From: Fistulifera solaris
Lineage: Eukaryota
NCBI GenBank assembly: GCA_030295235.1
Contig: AP026129.1
Span: 62,001-126,000 of the forward strand
DNA: 64,000 nt
Direction of reading: 5' to 3'
The first letter of the stretch is position 1. Each line of letters begins with the position of its first letter. Below the pieces are notes generated by a model, which was not told where the DNA came from, made no database searches, and saw only the letters and a list, made by a program, of their open reading frames with translations. Made by a program: the position numbers and the translations under genes. Shown in pieces: positions 37,901 to 50,713 of this stretch.

Positions 37901-40900
37901 CTTACCAGGATCCTTCAAACGAATGATTGATGCAATACGGAGAAGAAGCTGTCGTTCATCTCTGACCGCTTCAACAGATAAAGGAGCTGACACTCCTAAT
38001 ACGTCTCTCGGCATACTTCTCCGAACTGACGCAGCCAACGACTCCAAAGGTTTCTCATTTTTCGTACTAACTATTTCGATCTCCTTGCCAACGGGGATGA
38101 AAATGCAGCCACGTTCTATAGTTTCTAAAGCTTCCCCTCCCCCTGGATCTCTTCCAAAAACATAAACAACAGCGGATACCTTATCTCTGTCAGAGTCGGG
38201 GGTCATCGATATGACTTTCGAGTCATTAACACCAGCTCGGCCAGTGCGGCATTGGACATGCACTTCCAAAATCATAAGTGTGACAGGAGACGGTAGATAC
38301 GGTTGTGTACTTGTTGTTTGCGTGGCGCGACATGCGTGTATCTGAGAAGGTCGCGTTTTGGCTTTTAGTTCTCCTCCTCCCTCCACAAATAGTCTGCCAC
38401 CTTGGTTACCTATTCCATCGAGAAATTCTCGGCGTGTCGGTGAAGCGGACCCAGGTGTATCATCAAAATTGTTTGTCCTGGGCGTCAAAGTTGGTTGCGG
38501 AGACTCATCCTCAACCCACTCAGCTTCATTTACTATTGCTCCCTCAACCGCCATATCAAATGAATGAATGTTGGCGACGAATTTCTGGCAGCTCTCGTCT
38601 TGCTGCGACCCTGCTGCGACCTCCTCTTTCAATGAAGGCTGACGACTGCTCGCACTGCGGCTTTTCTTGTCTGTCTTCTTTCGTTCAGTCTTAAGCCACA
38701 GCTCCACCGCCTCCCGGTCCGGAGGCTGGCGAACTAACTGTACGTTACGCTTCTTAGCGCGTTCTGACGACATACTGAATTTATAATTCGACTCTTTGCG
38801 TTTGTTATACAAGTATAGATGGCGCACCCACTCGGGAGTGAGATTCTCAGTTGACATGGCATGCAACCCTGTCGCTTTTCCCCGAGACAAAACGTCGTCG
38901 CGTGTTGGTGGCCGACATCGCAATGTCATGAATTGTGGAACTTTTGTGACATTCGAATGCAAATGGTTGACAGGTAATCCTTGCATTTCAGCACCAGTGG
39001 CGTTTACATGAAATTCATCCAATAATTCTTTGTTTTCCGCAAAATCGTGGTCCGGTTCGAGTGAAGGGTTAAGAGAGAACTTCTGATTAACTGTCTGTAT
39101 CAAGGGTTGAGTGGCAAGATCATGGAGTTCCTTTTCTAGTTGATCTTCACTCATGTCCTCTCCGCCAAAAACATCCTCATCTTCATCCTCACCTACGTCG
39201 TCATAAGGAAGAAGGGTTTGCGGATTGATGAAGTCGTCTAGTTCCTCATATGGACCATCGTTGATAATGCCTTCACCGCGCTCCACTCGCTGACTCATTT
39301 CATATTCAGTGGAATCACAGTCGTCCATTTGACTCTGCCGTAAATCATAGTAAGCCTGAGAAAGTTCCCTAAGGCGCTGATCATTCTGAGAAAGAGGCAC
39401 GGCATTCTGAGAAAGCTGACTAGACAATAACTCAATCGAAACTTCGTCTTGACTTTCTGCCTCCGCGGAGAGTGACGTAGGTGATGATTTATTAAACAGA
39501 TCGCCAAGTGAACCTAGATCTTCGAGGACCTCATCGTTGGAGGGTGTAAAGGTGGTCAATCGTTCCACTTTGGGATGCGAAGTCAACATAGGGAGTTTTC
39601 GAAGATAGTTGTCAACTCTCTGTATGGCCCTGTTGTGTCTCTCTACTATTTCTCTCAGTACGCGTTGAAAGTTCTCCTTCAATCCCGGTGTAACGTCCAC
39701 GAGGTCACGCATACCTTGAACCGCTAAACGCGCCCCCGGTTTCGCCGCACCTTTCTTGACATTCAAAGTCAACCCTTGACTCAAGAAATCATCCGATGGT
39801 GGAACCAACTTGGCCATGCGGCGTCGCTCTTCCTGCCAGATCTCTCTTAAACTCGGCACCGCTCGCCAATGCACCGTATCCTTATTTTCTTTGTCGATAA
39901 CCGTCATGACTGAAAGAACATTCAATATAGCTTCCACGGAAACATCCAATTCAAGTCCACAGCTGGTTTCTTTCTTGATAACGAAATCACGCTGAGCAGG
40001 AGACGGATCGAAATCAGATGGCTGTTGTTGCTGCATCAGTAACGAATGAATGTCCTCCTCAGATGCAAAGCTATTAGCTTCATCCACGACAATTGATGTT
40101 TCTTTCCAGCGGTAAGAATCGGGTGTATTAAATTCCAGGAATAAAAAGTTGTCGTCCACTGATTTCGATTGCATAGGTATTCGTTTCGGCAGCGGATCAC
40201 GAAATCGTAGTAAGCTGTGCTGCTTTCCATCGCAAGAAGTATCACTCAAATGAATATAAGCCATTCCCGACAAATTATAGTCCTTGAAGCATTGCATCGT
40301 GTAGGGTATGTGCGCTTCGTAACAATGAAATGATAGTGGCATATTTGAGTCTTGCGGCAAGCAATCATACTGCACATGATCCGGATAATAAATGGAAGGC
40401 AAGCCCTCCAATCCCCTTTCCAATTCTCGTTTGACTTTCCATCGCAATGCCGGATTGTAATATTCGACGCGCAAAAAGGGTGCTGTGGGAGTGGAGTGAG
40501 ACAATAACAAACTATCAAAGAAGGTCGCAAACGTCAACATCATTCCCTTACCAGAAGGACCCGGGCAATACGTGTAAAAACCTCGACCTTCGACGACAGT
40601 GAACCGTCGAATAACAGGCATGCGCTGTTGCGGAGGATGCTCGGAAGAAACGGCTTGCTTGGTGGCATTGACTTCGAAACTCGCTTGTATTGCCGCTTCC
40701 AATGTTTCCTTCAAGACGGGTAGCACCCGTTCAATATCGTGCACCGAATCCCAATCGATTTGTCCAGTTTCACGGCCCGGAGGCAGATAATGCGATCCAT
40801 CTGGTCCTGCCGCAACGGGGCGCGCGAGAATATACGGAAATGCATTGTGAATGTGGAGACAGGCCGTTTGTATGGGTTGCGGCAATATCGTCAGTTCTCG

Positions 40901-41122
40901 TGTCGTATCACGGCGAAGAATGGGACCGAAGACGCGCAAGACAGGTACTTCAACGGGTATGGGTTGATGATATTCAGGGTCTTCCAGAGGACATGGCTGT
41001 CGCATGACGTAATCAATAACGGTGTTGAGAACGGAACAGATAGGAAGGGGTTCATTGGGATCGTTGGATGTTCCGCTTTGTTGTGAATTATCGCCATTCT
41101 TGCTCATCAATGGGGTATTCAT
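34986..41122 (-). CDS. REV3: DNA polymerase zeta catalytic subunit (family B), multi-exon
   Basis: VPVLRVFG, ACLHIHNAFPY, YEAHIPYTMQCFKDYNLSGM, RGSQYKVE, DFTALYPS, RQLALKYVANVTYG, YGDTDS, KKKYCG and two C-terminal Cys clusters. Introns near 40550, 37905, 37500 and 36360. Confidence 0.96.
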
Positions 41123-41530
41123 AGTTTATTATAGAAACAGTTGTTATTCAGGGAAGAATAATGTACAGGTAGAGGAAAGATAAAACGGAGAATCTTCACA
41201 TAATAAACAAAGTGTAACAGCAATTTTCTCGAACGTGAAGCGATCGATGTGACGCTCCTTATTTAACGCCACAAAGCGGGTCTATTTTCTTATGGCAAAG
41301 TACAGATTGACGAGATTTACACCCAAAAGCAAAGAAGATGATGAACGTCAATGTTTCTCTTCACGTTCATGGAAGTGAATCAACGCAACAATACTACGTA
41401 GTAGTAACAGAGACGCAGCAGCGCGGCAAACACCTTCATTTTTTCGGAGGGATGTTTGTAATCACAGGACGATATTTTCTCTACTAAGGTTATCGGTAAG
41501 ATAACTGCGGTGCCGGTGCGTCTACTTATC

Positions 41531-41556
41531 CACGACTGGATTTTAGTCATGAGTGA
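41531..41556 (+). promoter_or_regulatory. Recurrent dyad element CACGACTGGATTTTAGTCATGAGTGA
   Basis: Matches 32203-32228 closely; lies in the REV3 divergent upstream region. A hybrid copy is at 41776-41798. Confidence 0.45.
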
Positions 41557-41979
41557 CTTTTCCTCCGAGCCCGCATACTTGTACCGCGTCAAATAGACCT
41601 ACGGTACCGGGTACCGTTTATTCTCCGCTGGCTTGGTAAGAAACTTTTTTCTTTAGAACGATTCATTTACCATAGAAATGTTTAAAACGAACGCAACGAT
41701 GTATTGCGTCGAAAATTGTTGCGGACGGGTTTCCGTTTGCATTTACTATAACTCAAAGTGTTGCCCGTTTTTCGTCACGACTCACTCCATTTCAGTCATT
41801 AGCGCTTTGCATTTGAGTACCATTTACCAGGTAACCCGGAGAATAATCCTGCATGTATTTATTTCATCGATCATCGATGGCTTTCCTTGTGATGATACAA
41901 ATAAGTTACCAAGTAAACGCCCTGCTTTGAAAAAGACGAAAAGCAAGCGTCAGTTCTTCTTCTTACGCGAGCACAAGTG

Positions 41980-42923
41980 ATGTCTGCTGCTACCGACGAG
42001 GACGGTTCGCGGAATCGCTTTGAATGTCAATTGCTGGATCCTTTGCTTTTGTCTCGGTTCTTTTCATCCGACGATGACAACGATAGCGATCCGTTGTTCG
42101 AGGTTTCATCAAGCAACAACATTAGCGCTGATACTAATACAGAAGAGACACTTACGGACTTTTTGGAGTTGAGGAGACAACAAAATGCCAAATTCGCGGA
42201 AAAACAATTAATCGACGGAACTCGAGCTTTACAAGAGGGCGATACTAAACTGGCTCAACAACATTTTCAACAAGGATTGAACATGATTCCGAATCATCAA
42301 GGATTGCTACAAACGATGGAACAATTGAAAGTCAAACTTAAGCCCGCACTGGCATCCAGATCGGAACGAAATTTGCGGAATGCGGCAGTGGAAGTAGCGT
42401 TTCTATCCGAGGTGCCGTCGGCGGTGACCTCCAGTGATCCCAAATATCCGCTTTTATATAATGAACCAGACGAGGAGGAAGAGAGCGAATCATCCAGGCG
42501 TCGTAGGAAACAAAGTAAGAAACGGAAAAGGAGAAATACCACAAAAAGAAAACCAAGAAAAAGAAGAAGAGACGGCGGAAGCGTCATAGATCCGATAGTA
42601 GTAGTACCACCAGCATGTCATCCGTGACAGAAGCCCACGACGATGACGAAAGTAATGGGCCGAGCACATCCCGAAAGCGAAATCGTATGAAAGTAAGTCA
42701 TCGCCTTGAGAATGATCACACCAGCCGTCATCACGACGAAGAAGAAAACTATGGTGGTATCGGCGACGATAGCGACGACGATAGTAGCCACTTACTTGAA
42801 AATGAATTTGATCAGTCCCCTTCACAAGCCAAGCGAAAGTATAACATGGAAGACGGTTCTCCAGGATCTCTGGGAACAGTGGACTCCTTAAACATCACTC
42901 GAAAGAAACAACGACATCGATGA
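41980..42923 (+). CDS. Hypothetical protein with single TPR-like segment and Lys/Arg/Ser-rich tail
   Basis: ORFs 41977-42627 and 42615-42923 joined by a probable indel in the A-rich region ~42540-42570. Confidence 0.6.
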
Positions 42924-43024
42924 GCTATATTTTTGCAATCTATCACCCGGCCATTCATAAACCTACAGGACCTTGATCGTATTATGAGACATGAGTTATA
43001 AGTATTGAAGATGTAAATTAAACA

Positions 43025-45556
43025 TTAGAATTGACTTCGTGTTTTGGCGGTGCCCCAATCTTCATCGAGGTCCATGGAGTTGTTCACATCACCTCTGCTA
43101 ACGTCATCGTCACTATCAGCAAATTTGTCTTTCGCGGTCGAACGGTATTTCGTTGCCGATGTTTTCTTCACAGGTGCGGTTTTCCTGCCCGCTGGTTTCT
43201 GCGCTCTCGATCGATTCGCAGGTGGAGTTTTCCTGCGTTTCTTACCTCGACCATGGCTATCGCTATCGTCATCCATTAAATTATTGTCGTCGTCCTCATC
43301 TTCCGGAACGGAAACAATGTCAGGATCATCGTCAGAATGTGGATTCTCGTCATCGTCGTCTATGCTATAGTCGACACGCTTTCCTCTCGTATTACGGCGG
43401 GTCGATTTGGATTTGGTGGGTGGATCGAAGTCTGCTTCCTCAATATCGCTGAGCTCGTCCAACGCCTTTCGTCGGGCCGCTTTGCGTTTCGCATCGCCCA
43501 CAAAAGAAAGCTCAGAATTCATCCACTCGCCATTATCATTTCCTTTGGTGGTCTTTGCTTTACCACGCTTCGAAGTGCCATCCTCCTTTGGGTCGTCGTT
43601 CTCACGTCCTCGTTTCTTGTGACGATTGGAATTACTCGCCCGATTGATAACTTCTTCTACAGAGTCATCTTCCATCACACTGCGGTCTTCCATTTCTGTT
43701 GTGTCAAAAGAGTCATCTGCGGAAGTATGCGCCTGACGTTGAGTCCTCTTTTGTGATTTCGATCGTCCCCCGGTTACCTGTACTTCCGATTCCATGGACT
43801 GCTCTACGAGACTGTCGTTGGATTTTCCCTGCTTCGATCGATATGGTTTCTCGTCGTCGTCATCGTCGTCCACTTTGCGCGTAAGAAGAGCCTTTTGACG
43901 TTTACTGAGCATACGATCGGCCGCTTCATCAAGAGACGTGATCACCTTTTTCTCGACAAAGTTTTCCATGGCTTCGGCCAACACCTTTTCATCAAGTAAC
44001 TTCAATTGCGTTTCCGGCCCCTCCAGTATACCATTGACTATATCATCCATGTCGGTGTCTTTCAATACTTCGGGAGCGATAGGCGCCGAAGTGACCTTGG
44101 CCTTTCTCGTCGCGGCGGCTTTGGACGGATCCTTTCGTCGATGAAATAACAGAATATCTTCTGGATTGGCAACTTGTCCGACGAAATGAGCACCAAAACG
44201 TTGATTGCTCAGTGTAGAGAACCCCGTGTGCTCGACACGCAGACGAACAAGTGGTTCACCGGGCTTTTCCAACTGGTGCATCAGCGGACTGTCGTTGTCT
44301 CCCGCATCATTGCCCAACCGACGAGCCTCTTGTAATAAGTCCCGCCGTTTGTCTTGCGCGCTACACACCATGACTTTGACCTCTTCTTGCAACACTGTTG
44401 CCACATGTTCGTCCACACGAGGATCTTCTGGATCGAGTTGTTCACGATGTTCTTGCAAGGATATTTCTGCCGTGACAAACGGCCGTACCTGCGTCAGCGG
44501 CACGGGTATCAAACGATATTGCTTTCCCTTGATATCCAAGACGCCTACTTTTTTCCGCGCGGCTTCTCCGGCTATTAAACTTGTTGCGACGGACGAACCG
44601 GGTTGTGTAATACGAAAGGTGCCCACAACAGATTCAAACAGATCCACGATACATTCGTGCTCGTGTCCCCACACCACCAAATCGATCCATTCGGGTATCA
44701 TTGTTTCCTGAACACAGTTCTTGCCTCTTCCTAAATCTCGATTCTGATGCAACATGAAGATGTTAAAGAATCCCTGAGTGTCGTCGTTTTCTTCGTCGTC
44801 TTCGTCTGGGTTGTTTGTTTGACGATGATTCTGTTGATCAATATCTTGCTGGGGACGAAGAAAACGAACTTTTTGGTTTTTAAACATGCGATGTAAGCGT
44901 TCATCACGCATACTTCCCAAACTGTAGAGACACAACTGTGTTTCTCCCTTTTGAGGATCACAGGAGCAATTTCAATCTGTTCAATTTTATCTTGCTTTCC
45001 AATGTAATTGATTAAATTACAAGCCGCCAACAGGTCTAATCAAAGAGTTTGAATAAGAAGTACAAGGAGACTGCAAAGCGTGTGTGAATTATAGAGTGTG
45101 ACTTACCCAAAGAGGCCAAAAACGTGGTGCCTTTTCCATCGCGAATCGGGTCGTCGTGATTGCCGTGAATGGAGAAAATGGGCAAGTCGACAGAATAATT
45201 CGGATCTTGATAATTGACGACATGATTCGAAGCAAAATTCTTGGTAGGATCCGAGAGTATTTGTATTCGAACAGGATTATCGCCCATGCAATACTTTCGC
45301 ACAATTTTCATCGTACGAAACAAAGTCGCTCGACTGGGTCGATTCTCATGAAAGAGATCACCCGCCAAGAGCACCATATCACATTGATATTTCTTTGCTA
45401 GATAAAGAACTTCTTCAAAAGCGGCAAAGAATCCATTCCTCGAACAGCATCGCGTTCGTTGTAACCTAAATGATTGTCTGTTGAGACCATAATACGCAAA
45501 GTATCCTCATTGGGAATTTCTAACACCGGTGACAGCTCTTCTTCGTCGTCACTCAT
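43025..45556 (-). CDS. MRE11: Double-strand break repair nuclease MRE11
   Basis: IMVSTDNHLG, LLAGDLFHENRPS, FSIHGNHDDP, LHQNR, WGHEHEC, ITQPGSSVATSL and VANPEDIL. Intron ~45106-45036; indels at ~45430 and ~44945. Confidence 0.96.
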
Positions 45557-45792
45557 ACTGATTATAGGGGACTAAACAGATTGATAAAGAGACAAGGCCT
45601 TCGAATGCTGTAGCAAAACAAGATACGTCTCCTTTGTTATTGTGAATAATAAAGGATCCTTTTCTGTGGTGGGAGGGAATGACAAGACACAACGTTGCGT
45701 CGCGACGCTCGCTTTTCATATTTTCTCATCTCATCACACGAGACGGAGACGGAGGAGACCCGCCTTTTGTCAAACTTTCCCGCCGAGGAGGA

Positions 45793-45813
45793 TGAGTCAT
45801 GAGTCATGAGTCA
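45793..45813. promoter_or_regulatory. (TGAGTCA)3 tandem AP-1/GCN4-like sites
   Basis: Three perfect TGAGTCA units ~240 bp upstream of the MRE11 ATG in a divergent intergenic region. Confidence 0.45.
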
Positions 45814-46296
45814 TGAGTGCAATCAGTCATGTGGGGATGAAGGACGGACGACATTCATTATTCTTCGTTGCGTCTTGCGTCGTCACTTTTGACTTTTGAC
45901 TTTTGAATAATAATTCATTAGGAGTTCGGAGATGCGCGGAGCGCGGAGTATCTTGTCAGTTGTGGAGTATACATTTACAGTGATTAATGATTTATACAGA
46001 ACAAGTACTTTACTTTTCAGTGTATTAGAGCCGACCTCTCAAATCTTTCGTTGCATAATTATAGACTGCATTCTATTATAATTATTTTGTATACACTGCT
46101 AAGTGATGGGCAGGATCTCATTTTGCCGTTGGAGTCACTAACGGTCAAAAACTGATCCGGCTCCAAACGAGGGCGTCTCTCCCGTTTTTTTTTCGCCTCG
46201 CCCCCGCAAGCATCTTCATCACACAAGTCGTCAAGTGATTTGCCAGTCTATAAAACTTTGATTCAGCAACCAAGTGACTCACTAGCTTAGAATAGA

Positions 46297-47513
46297 ATGA
46301 CGACAGCCGCCGCAGCATCGGAGGACTATGTTCCTCAAAACATCATGATTACGGGAGGAGCCGGTATGTAACGAAATGACGCATGTTGTGTGCAACTCGA
46401 TTTCGTGTGACCGTCAACTCGAACAAAACTTTTTCGATATCGTCTTACCCATTTTCCTCCCTCTTTTCGGTAGGATTCATCGCTTCGCACGTAGCTATCC
46501 TTCTGTGCAAGAAGTATCCGCAGTACAAGATTGTCGTCTACGATAACTTGGATTATTGCGCTTGTTTGGCGAACTTGCAAGAGCTCTTCGATGCACCCAA
46601 TTTCAAATTCGTCAAGGGAGACATTACTTCTCCTGATCTTGTTAGTTATGTACTTAAAGAGGAAAAGATTGATACCATTCTGCACTTTGCGGCGCAGACG
46701 CACGTCGATAACTCGTTCGGAAACTCATTTGCGTTCACACAAACCAACATTTTCGGCACTCACGTCTTGCTCGAGTCGGCAAAATGCTGTGAATACATCA
46801 AACGATTCGTTCATGTCAGCACAGATGAGGTCTACGGAGAAGGAGAAGACTTTGATACGGATCCCATGTCCGAAGAGCATGTTTTGGAACCCACAAACCC
46901 TTATGCTGCCACCAAAGCAGGCGCAGAGTTCTTGGTCAAATCATACTTTCGATCCTTCAAAATGCCCTGTCTCATTACCCGTGGTAACAACGTCTACGGA
47001 CCGCATCAATTCCCAGAAAAATTGATTCCCAAGTTTACCAACATGTTACTCCGCGATATCCCCCTCACCATTCATGGAGATGGTACCAACACCCGAAACT
47101 TCTTGTACGTCACGGATGTCGCCAATGCCTTTGATACAATCATGCACAAGGGAGAACCCGGTCATGTCTACAACATTGGTGGGAAGAACGAAATCGCCAA
47201 CCTTGATGTAGCTCGCGCTTTGCTCAAGTTGTTCGGAAAAGAAGACCGAGAACAAGAGTTGATCACCTTCGTCCCTGATCGTAAATTCAACGATCTTCGA
47301 TACACCATCAACTCGAACAAGTTGCACGAGTTGGGATGGAAGGAACTGATGAACTGGGAAGAAGGACTCAAAACGACGGTGGATTGGTACAAACAGTACT
47401 CGCACCGTTACGGTAACATTGATGCTGCTCTCGTCGCTCATCCTCGCATGTTGAATACCAAACAGGATGTAGAAGCACCCATTGCTGAAAAGTTGACGGG
47501 TAAAGCTGTGTAA
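46297..47513 (+). CDS. dTDP/UDP-glucose 4,6-dehydratase (rhamnose biosynthesis, RHM N-terminal type), 2 exons
   Basis: NIMITGGAG|FIASH (intron 46364-46473), HFAAQTHVDNSFGNS, HVSTDEVYG, NPYAATKA and NNVYGPHQFPEKLIPKF. Confidence 0.95.
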
Positions 47514-47630
47514 AGAAACTGGAAGAAAAATAAGAATGGGAAAGGGTGGAGGCCTCGTTTAGGATTGTCCCCAATAATTTGGACGGCCATACAAAGTTAC
47601 CTCAATAGTAATTCGTTTATCGCAATATTA

Positions 47631-49482
47631 TTAAGGAGTACAGCGATTAGGATCACGAGGGAACATGGAAGCCTTACGGACATTGTCTAATCCCAAGTAA
47701 AGGAATACCACTCGCTCTAGTCCGATGCCGGCACCAGCGTGAGGACTCACACCGTGACGGAACGATTCAATATAAGCAGACAATCCTTCCCCTGGTTCAA
47801 TGCCTTTGTCTTGCAGATTCTTCACAACGAGATCGGGATCATGGCATCGCTGGGCACCCGAACAGATTTCTTGCCCTCGAATAAAGATATCGTACGAGTT
47901 CGAGTATCGCTGGTCTTCAGGATCGGGCATGGTATAAAAGGGTCGAATTGTAGAAGGATATTTGTCCAACATGAAGAAGTCCGTCCCATACTTTTCTTTG
48001 ACAATGCGTCCCAGCTCTAGCTCCATTGCTCCATTCAAGTCACCCATACCGTCCCCCAAATCAAACTTATCTTTCAAAAGATCCATGGCCTCGGGCCAGT
48101 GCAAGACACACGGTTCGTCTGTAAAAGTGACCGGTTCCGATGCATATTGTTGACGGACGACCGCCAACTCCTTTGCCCAACGTGTCTCCAAACCATTAAA
48201 AATGTGTTTGAACAATTTGTGAATGACCTCTAATGTTTCCATGTAATGATCATCAATGGCCATTTCCAAATCCAATCCGGTGAACTCACACAGATGACGC
48301 CGCGTATTCGAATTTTCCGCCCGAAACACCGGTCCAATTTCAAAGACTCGCGGTAAATCAGAAGCAATCGCCATTTGCTTGTACAACTGTGGAGACTGGG
48401 CCAAACAAGCCGTCGTTCCAAAATAATCTGTCGTAAAGACTCCTGCTCCACTTTCACTTTCTCCCGCAATTAACTTCGGTGAGTGGATTTCCACAAATCC
48501 TTCCGCGTAAAGTGCTTCTCGGAACAGCTGACAAACCGCCGATTGAATGCGCAATATGGCATTGTTGGCGGGCGCCCGTAAATCCATCCAACGATGATCC
48601 AATCGGATTTCTTGTCCCAATCGAGGAAACGGTCGATCCGTGTCTTGCGAAGCCTCGACTTCAGTTTCACTGCGTGCCGCGTCTTCAACGAGGAATGGCA
48701 AAACAGCTGCGGCCTTCGAAACAGTGTGAATGCGTCGAATGGTGAGTTCGACATCTTGTACTGAACACGATTTAACATCCGCCGGTACCAATGTTCCTTC
48801 TAAATCAACAATGGACTCGACGGTGAGTGATTTGAGGTATTTGAGCATTTTCTGCGATTCGTCTGGGTTCTCTTTATCTTTGAAATAACACGCCTGTATG
48901 GTATGAAAACTATCTTGTCGGAGTACCAAGAAACAGGAGCCTCCTTTGACCCGTATCGATTGCAATCGTCCACGCAACCAAACAGTCTGTCCAGCATTCT
49001 CTTGCGACAAATCAGCGACTGTGGCAAAGGACGCTCCGTTCGACTTTGTGACATGACTCGCGTGAAATCTCCCATAATCGGATAAGTGTCTTGTTGACTG
49101 TAAGAAAGGTAAGTAACAGGATCGATGCGATCTTGTGCTTCCTTAGCCAGACGCTCAGCTTCCTTTTTGGCTTGTTTCTCAGCCTTGAGACGTTCCTTTT
49201 CGGCTCTAAAAACGAAAGAAACAAATTAGCTGGTTCGTGTTTGTATCGGGTACTTGGAATAATGGCTTTAGCTTTCAATACGTACTTGCGGGCATCCCGT
49301 TCGGCTTGTATCGCTTGCAATTCGGCTTCCGTTCGCTCTCCTGTATCGGAAGAGAGAAATCTTGGAATCAAAGAAACAGAACCGGCGCGAGGATACGCAT
49401 AGCGATACTGCAGGGCAGAAAATGCTTGCGTTGTAGTACGCAAGGCAGTCAAAAGGATCATGATGGTAAGTTGTCGCGACAT
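47631..49482 (-). CDS. DARS: Aspartyl-tRNA synthetase, eukaryote cytosolic-type core with N-terminal targeting presequence, 2 exons
   Basis: OB-fold (WLRGR...FLVLRQ), LAQSPQLYKQM, FRAENSNTRRHLCEFTGLDLEM, EICSGAQR, GIGLERVV and FPRDPNR. Intron 49285-49206; indel ~49025. Confidence 0.95.
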
Positions 49483-50500
49483 TGATTGCACAAACGATGG
49501 GACGGAAAATGAATTCGTTTTGTCGAACAAAGGGAAGAAATTAATACTTCGTCTTTGCCGATAAATAATAAAGCAAGCAATTCGTGACTCCTCGGAAGCA
49601 AAAAAAAGGAGCAACAATAGACAATTGAAGCTTTATCAACACCACGCAACGAAGGACCTTGGATGTACTTGTAACAACAGGAAATAAATGGTGTCGATTA
49701 TTCTTGTACCTGCTACAATACTACTTGTACAATCATGTTCGAGTTCAACCTGCCATCAAACATCAAGAGAGAGAAACGGACGAAAACGTCAGTCATTCTA
49801 TCCGATGTCAAACTAAGGGCACCCGAACCCCGACCCCCGACATACCCCCTTCATATTCTGTGTGAGAGGGTCGATCGATTTCAACAAAAACGATTGTGTA
49901 ACTATCATCGCTAGCGATAGAAAGTAGACTCCAAATACCAATCGACTTTTATTTCAGCTTCAAAATCAGAAATGAGCAAAGATGCAACGCTTCAAAAAAG
50001 TCTACCTGATGAAACACACGTTAGCCCCGTAGGAATTTGTGCGATACAGGGAAAACTGGACGTTCGTCTGTAATTTATTTTGATTGCACTCTCTTTTTGT
50101 CAAGTATGATTGTCACAAAATGGCATCACCATCACAACCATCAAATCAAATAATGATGATGATTCAATGATGTTAAGAAAGGACGCCTGTCGCAATGTGA
50201 TGAAAATCTACGTCAAATGCACGTAGCCGCCGTACCTGGTAGGAATTTTGTAGAAGTATCAACGTTTCCTAGAAAAAAAAATCGACACTTTACCTTCTTT
50301 TTTAAACTCCTTGACTAGAGATATACAAGGTTAACTAACGTAAAATAATGCACTTTGGCTATGAATTAAATGACCCGACCGAAAAGGATGGTGTATTTGG
50401 CCATAAGATACTTGTATGTTCATTCAAAGTTCTCTAGTCGTGACTACGGAGTACCAATACCTGGTACTAACTACAAGTACAAGTACCTGGTACTTGTATG

Positions 50501-50542
50501 CGTCACTCGTCACTCGTCACTCATCGCTCGTCACTCGTCACA
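50501..50542. repeat. (CGTCACT)6 heptamer tandem repeat
   Basis: Six units, one degenerate, ~170 bp upstream of the 50714 ATG. Confidence 0.9.
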
Positions 50543-50599
50543 CAAAAGTGACTGGTGGCGGTGCGATTCTTGCACGCAACAGAACTCTTGCATCCATTC

Positions 50600-50653
50600 C
50601 TTCTTCTTCCTCTTCTACTACTTCTACTTCTTCTACTACTACTACTTCTTCTT
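50600..50653. repeat. (CTT/CTA)n trinucleotide microsatellite
   Basis: Mixed CTT/CTA run upstream of the RCC1 gene. Confidence 0.85.
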
Positions 50654-50713
50654 TTTTTCGTGTTCTTTGAACAAACAGCAATAACAAGCAACACTATACT
50701 ACTATTAATTAGC

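Noticed and set aside
50370..50713. Poly-Leu / poly-Tyr-Phe / poly-Ser-Thr ORFs, including an apparent signal peptide on the RCC1 gene
   Set aside because: They are translations of the CTT/CTA microsatellite; the ATG at 50714 is the more plausible start.
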